A stretch of 46,363 bases of DNA from a virus (taxonomy: Duplodnaviria; Caudoviricetes), in the IMG/VR virus record IMGVR_UViG_3300021082_000043, positions 1-46,363 of that record; one strand, 5' to 3'. The notes under the pieces are model-generated. The model was not told where the DNA came from and searched no databases. It saw only the letters and a program-made list of their open reading frames with translations. The position numbers and the translations under genes are program-made. Position 1 is the first letter of the stretch; each line of letters opens with the position of its first letter. Below, in pieces: positions 44,501 to 46,363 of this stretch.

Positions 44501-46363
44501 CGACGACGTCAACCCAGACGAGTACGTCGTGTTCCGTTCGGAGCAAATCCGAAACCAGCGCCCGCCGGCGTCGCTCTTCCAGATCGACCGCCAGATCGAT
44601 CGCGCGCTCGAGACCGCCGAGGCGCGGCTCGAGGGCCTCACGCCGGCGACGAACACCGAGGGCTCGCGCGTGGTGCCGTTTCCCACGATCCCGAACGCGA
44701 TCGCGAGCCGCCTGTTTCGATCGGCGAACCTCTACGCGTCGCACAAGGTGACGGTCCCGGTCTCCGACCTGGTCGCCACGCAGGCCACCATCAGCGACCC
44801 GGCGGTGCGCGCGAAGCTCGCCGGCGTCGGTGCCGGCACGCTGCCGCTCGTCCTGTCCTACCGCGGCCGCTACTACATCGCCGACGGCACGCACCGGGCG
44901 ACCGCGGCCTGGGCGCGAGGCGACGAGACGATCGAGGTGCTCGCGGCCGAGGTGGACGTCGAGCGCCTGGTCAAGCTGACCGAGCGCGAGGGCGGCGAGC
45001 TCTTCCAGAAGGCGCAGGACGCTCGAGCGGCCGCGCGCACGGAGTCGGCGGCGTTCCGCACCTGGTTCGGTGACAGCAAGGTCGTCGACGAGAACGGTCA
45101 GCCGCTCGTCGTGTATCACGGCACGGTCGACGGCTGGCTCGATCCTTCTGACGCGGAGGACGTCGGCGAGACTTACTTCACCGATTCGATTGACACAGCG
45201 ACGTCGTACTCTGGCACCGATAGGACGTTGCGCCCTGGCGAAGCGAAGCCAGGGATCGTGCCGGCATATCTCAGCCTGCAGCGCCCGATGGTCGTCGACT
45301 TCGACGGCAATCACTGGGACGGATACCGTGCCGGCGCGAGCGATCAAAGCGATCCCGACAACTGGACCGATCTCACCCTCGCAGACGCGATCGCAGACGC
45401 GACGGCTGGCGGATTCGACGGCCTGATCGCTCGCAACATCATCGCGCAGGGACCGGAAGGCGATCGATTCGCCGGCGCAGACCCGTCAACGGTGTATGTC
45501 GCGTTCTCGTCGACGCAAATCAAGAGCGCCGGCGGCAATCGCGGCACGTTCTCGCCCACCGACCCGAACATCCTGTACCAGCGCGACACCGCGGAAACGC
45601 CCGATCCGTTCTACTCGCGGATCGTCCGCGCGGTCGAGGAGAGCTCGCTCGCGAAGGCCTCGGGCCAGCAGTGGAAAGCCACGATCAAGAACGCGAAGAG
45701 CGGCATCAGCGCCGACGAGTTCGTCATGGTCGCGGTCGACGCGCTCGACGGCCGCAAGACTTACACGAAGGCGGAGGTGCTCGGGCACCTCAAGGCGCAC
45801 CAGGTCGAGGTCGAGTGGACGACGCTCGGCGAAATGGTCGTGCCGACCGAGCAGGAGATCGACGCGGAAACCGAGCGGGTTTACCAGGCCGCTCTCGATA
45901 GAGAGATCGCGCGCCTCGAGGAGACCGACCTCGGGCCGCGCTACTACACCGAGGAAAACATCGACGTTCGCGGCGACGACGAGGACGGGTTCGCGGCCTG
46001 GCTCGGCGGTGAGCAAGTCACCGGCACGATGGACACCGAGGAGGAGGCGCGCGACGCGGCCGAGGGCGAGCTCGAGGGCATCAACGACAAAGCGCAAGAA
46101 CAGTTCGACGAGGACGTCCGCGGGTGGGCGAGCGACGCCGTCGACTACGGCGAGATCCGAACCGGCGTCGAGCAGCGCCTCCTGAGCGCGGCCGAGGACC
46201 AGGGCCAGGTCGCAAAGTACGGGCAGTATGTATTTCACGGGCCGACGGTGCCGGGCAGCTACCGCGAGGTCTTTGTCACGGCGCCGAACCTCAAGCCAAC
46301 CGAGAACCCGGCGATCAGGGTCGAGCTCGAGAACACGTTTCCAGACGGTAGCAAGCGGTGGGA
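41547..46363 (+). CDS. N-terminal half of giant polyvalent ejection protein (two ART-PolyVal-like domains, one ParB-like domain); runs off the window end
   Basis: ATG overlaps the upstream TGA. Spot translation at the start, middle and end stays in one frame, and the ORF track reports no stop for it. WFGDSKVVDxxGxPLVVYHG occurs at ~44139 and ~45063; YYIADGTHRA at ~44871-44900. Confidence 0.85.
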   Translation, partial: MPQRGIFPEEPSPLGPAPPPAGRPLFPAEPISSDPLRQTLKDAEDLPAEEAAKVFDLRLKTGLPDAVIRRNLPEIEREAARSDFDAAKFRSSSPLLAAWLTENPTTAAAAQDDLPTLGFLEKTLAIGANSARAFAAGLPRANAGLFGVAQAGAEMMGATGWGRYFEAARKQALDIAEQAKGAQTGAGASEQAFYSGFESIGTMIPGLAMSLASGTPAPMLATMGASTGGEAYGQARDKGVGVGQSAMFGASQAAVEIATEQIPASWLLKDLAKHAGVVRTLLHQAAAEIPGEQIATVLQDLNEWATLNPDRPFSTYLAERPSAAATTLIATLTAVGTQTSLAMAGQKVLTAQQQRVEAADREAFFDGLEKGATESKLIARLPQAAQEFLQRATAGGPVEHLYAPADTFAEYWQSKGEDPVAKADELTGRRGALAEARQAGTDLVIPTATYAVKVAPTEHHAFFSKELRLRPDQANAREDAELRQAVAEAEAEETAAAPAPSPAREAVRLQVVDQALAAGARPEVADAWAALWADRVVARAARLGIEPAELLKQQPLPRITSDTPAPGTEQGSEIEPKVIPPSQASKGETPAQRERRANVHLAALTSAVLRDARKVDPRVDEATIRRELQTRIEFETERQGLQRETGAGQDLLRAIAGYGGMWWSPKSGMYRGEVEKLALESRDKTTARDRGTVYARPAWNGVYGVFGEGGLPPDTILESLRQDQRFEYLEDITDLWDAIETALVAEADVDALPGTDELARLGVVPGTKWWGDQWVEDVVDEDGDISFNVDEFGQGLFDDPEPPAADLLDTGEAQPRLPGAENVREQNIATPEFEAPFSLTSEVSKAKKGRQSSLFQTDTSAFEAWFGDSKVVDDKGEPLVVYHGSVTRGVEALDPAAAAVRPRTGPPGVYFTSDQAAAANFTRAPGAKLGTPRGSITAAYLSIQNPLDITAAIAQGQASGLSFGDAKRQALAALTPEHDGVIFRGDDVNPDEYVVFRSEQIRNQRPPASLFQIDRQIDRALETAEARLEGLTPATNTEGSRVVPFPTIPNAIASRLFRSANLYASHKVTVPVSDLVATQATISDPAVRAKLAGVGAGTLPLVLSYRGRYYIADGTHRATAAWARGDETIEVLAAEVDVERLVKLTEREGGELFQKAQDARAAARTESAAFRTWFGDSKVVDENGQPLVVYHGTVDGWLDPSDAEDVGETYFTDSIDTATSYSGTDRTLRPGEAKPGIVPAYLSLQRPMVVDFDGNHWDGYRAGASDQSDPDNWTDLTLADAIADATAGGFDGLIARNIIAQGPEGDRFAGADPSTVYVAFSSTQIKSAGGNRGTFSPTDPNILYQRDTAETPDPFYSRIVRAVEESSLAKASGQQWKATIKNAKSGISADEFVMVAVDALDGRKTYTKAEVLGHLKAHQVEVEWTTLGEMVVPTEQEIDAETERVYQAALDREIARLEETDLGPRYYTEENIDVRGDDEDGFAAWLGGEQVTGTMDTEEEARDAAEGELEGINDKAQEQFDEDVRGWASDAVDYGEIRTGVEQRLLSAAEDQGQVAKYGQYVFHGPTVPGSYREVFVTAPNLKPTENPAIRVELENTFPDGSKRW

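Overview
The window looks like a near-complete, circularly permuted ~46.4 kb high-GC podovirus genome. Its virion module resembles the BPP-1/T7 type: terminase, portal, scaffold, major capsid, tail tubular A/B, ejection proteins, tail fibres, and a ~3250 aa polyvalent ejection protein split across the window ends. The early region has a divergent repressor/Cro-like switch with four GTTGAC-N5-GTCAAC-type operators, a RecE-like nuclease, a Sak4-like ATPase, a replication initiator, RusA, a metallopeptidase, an amino-MTase and tRNA-Asn. The standout locus is 17337-19016. It holds a stand-alone Cas7/RAMP-like gene, a coupled partner gene and a ~530 bp strictly phased array of GGY-NN pentamers cut into nine units by GGCA(GGC) junctions. 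This is a candidate non-CRISPR RNA-guided system with a gapped dinucleotide code. No integrase, endolysin, DNA polymerase or reverse transcriptase was recognised. All product calls come from reading motifs by eye; no database searches were run.
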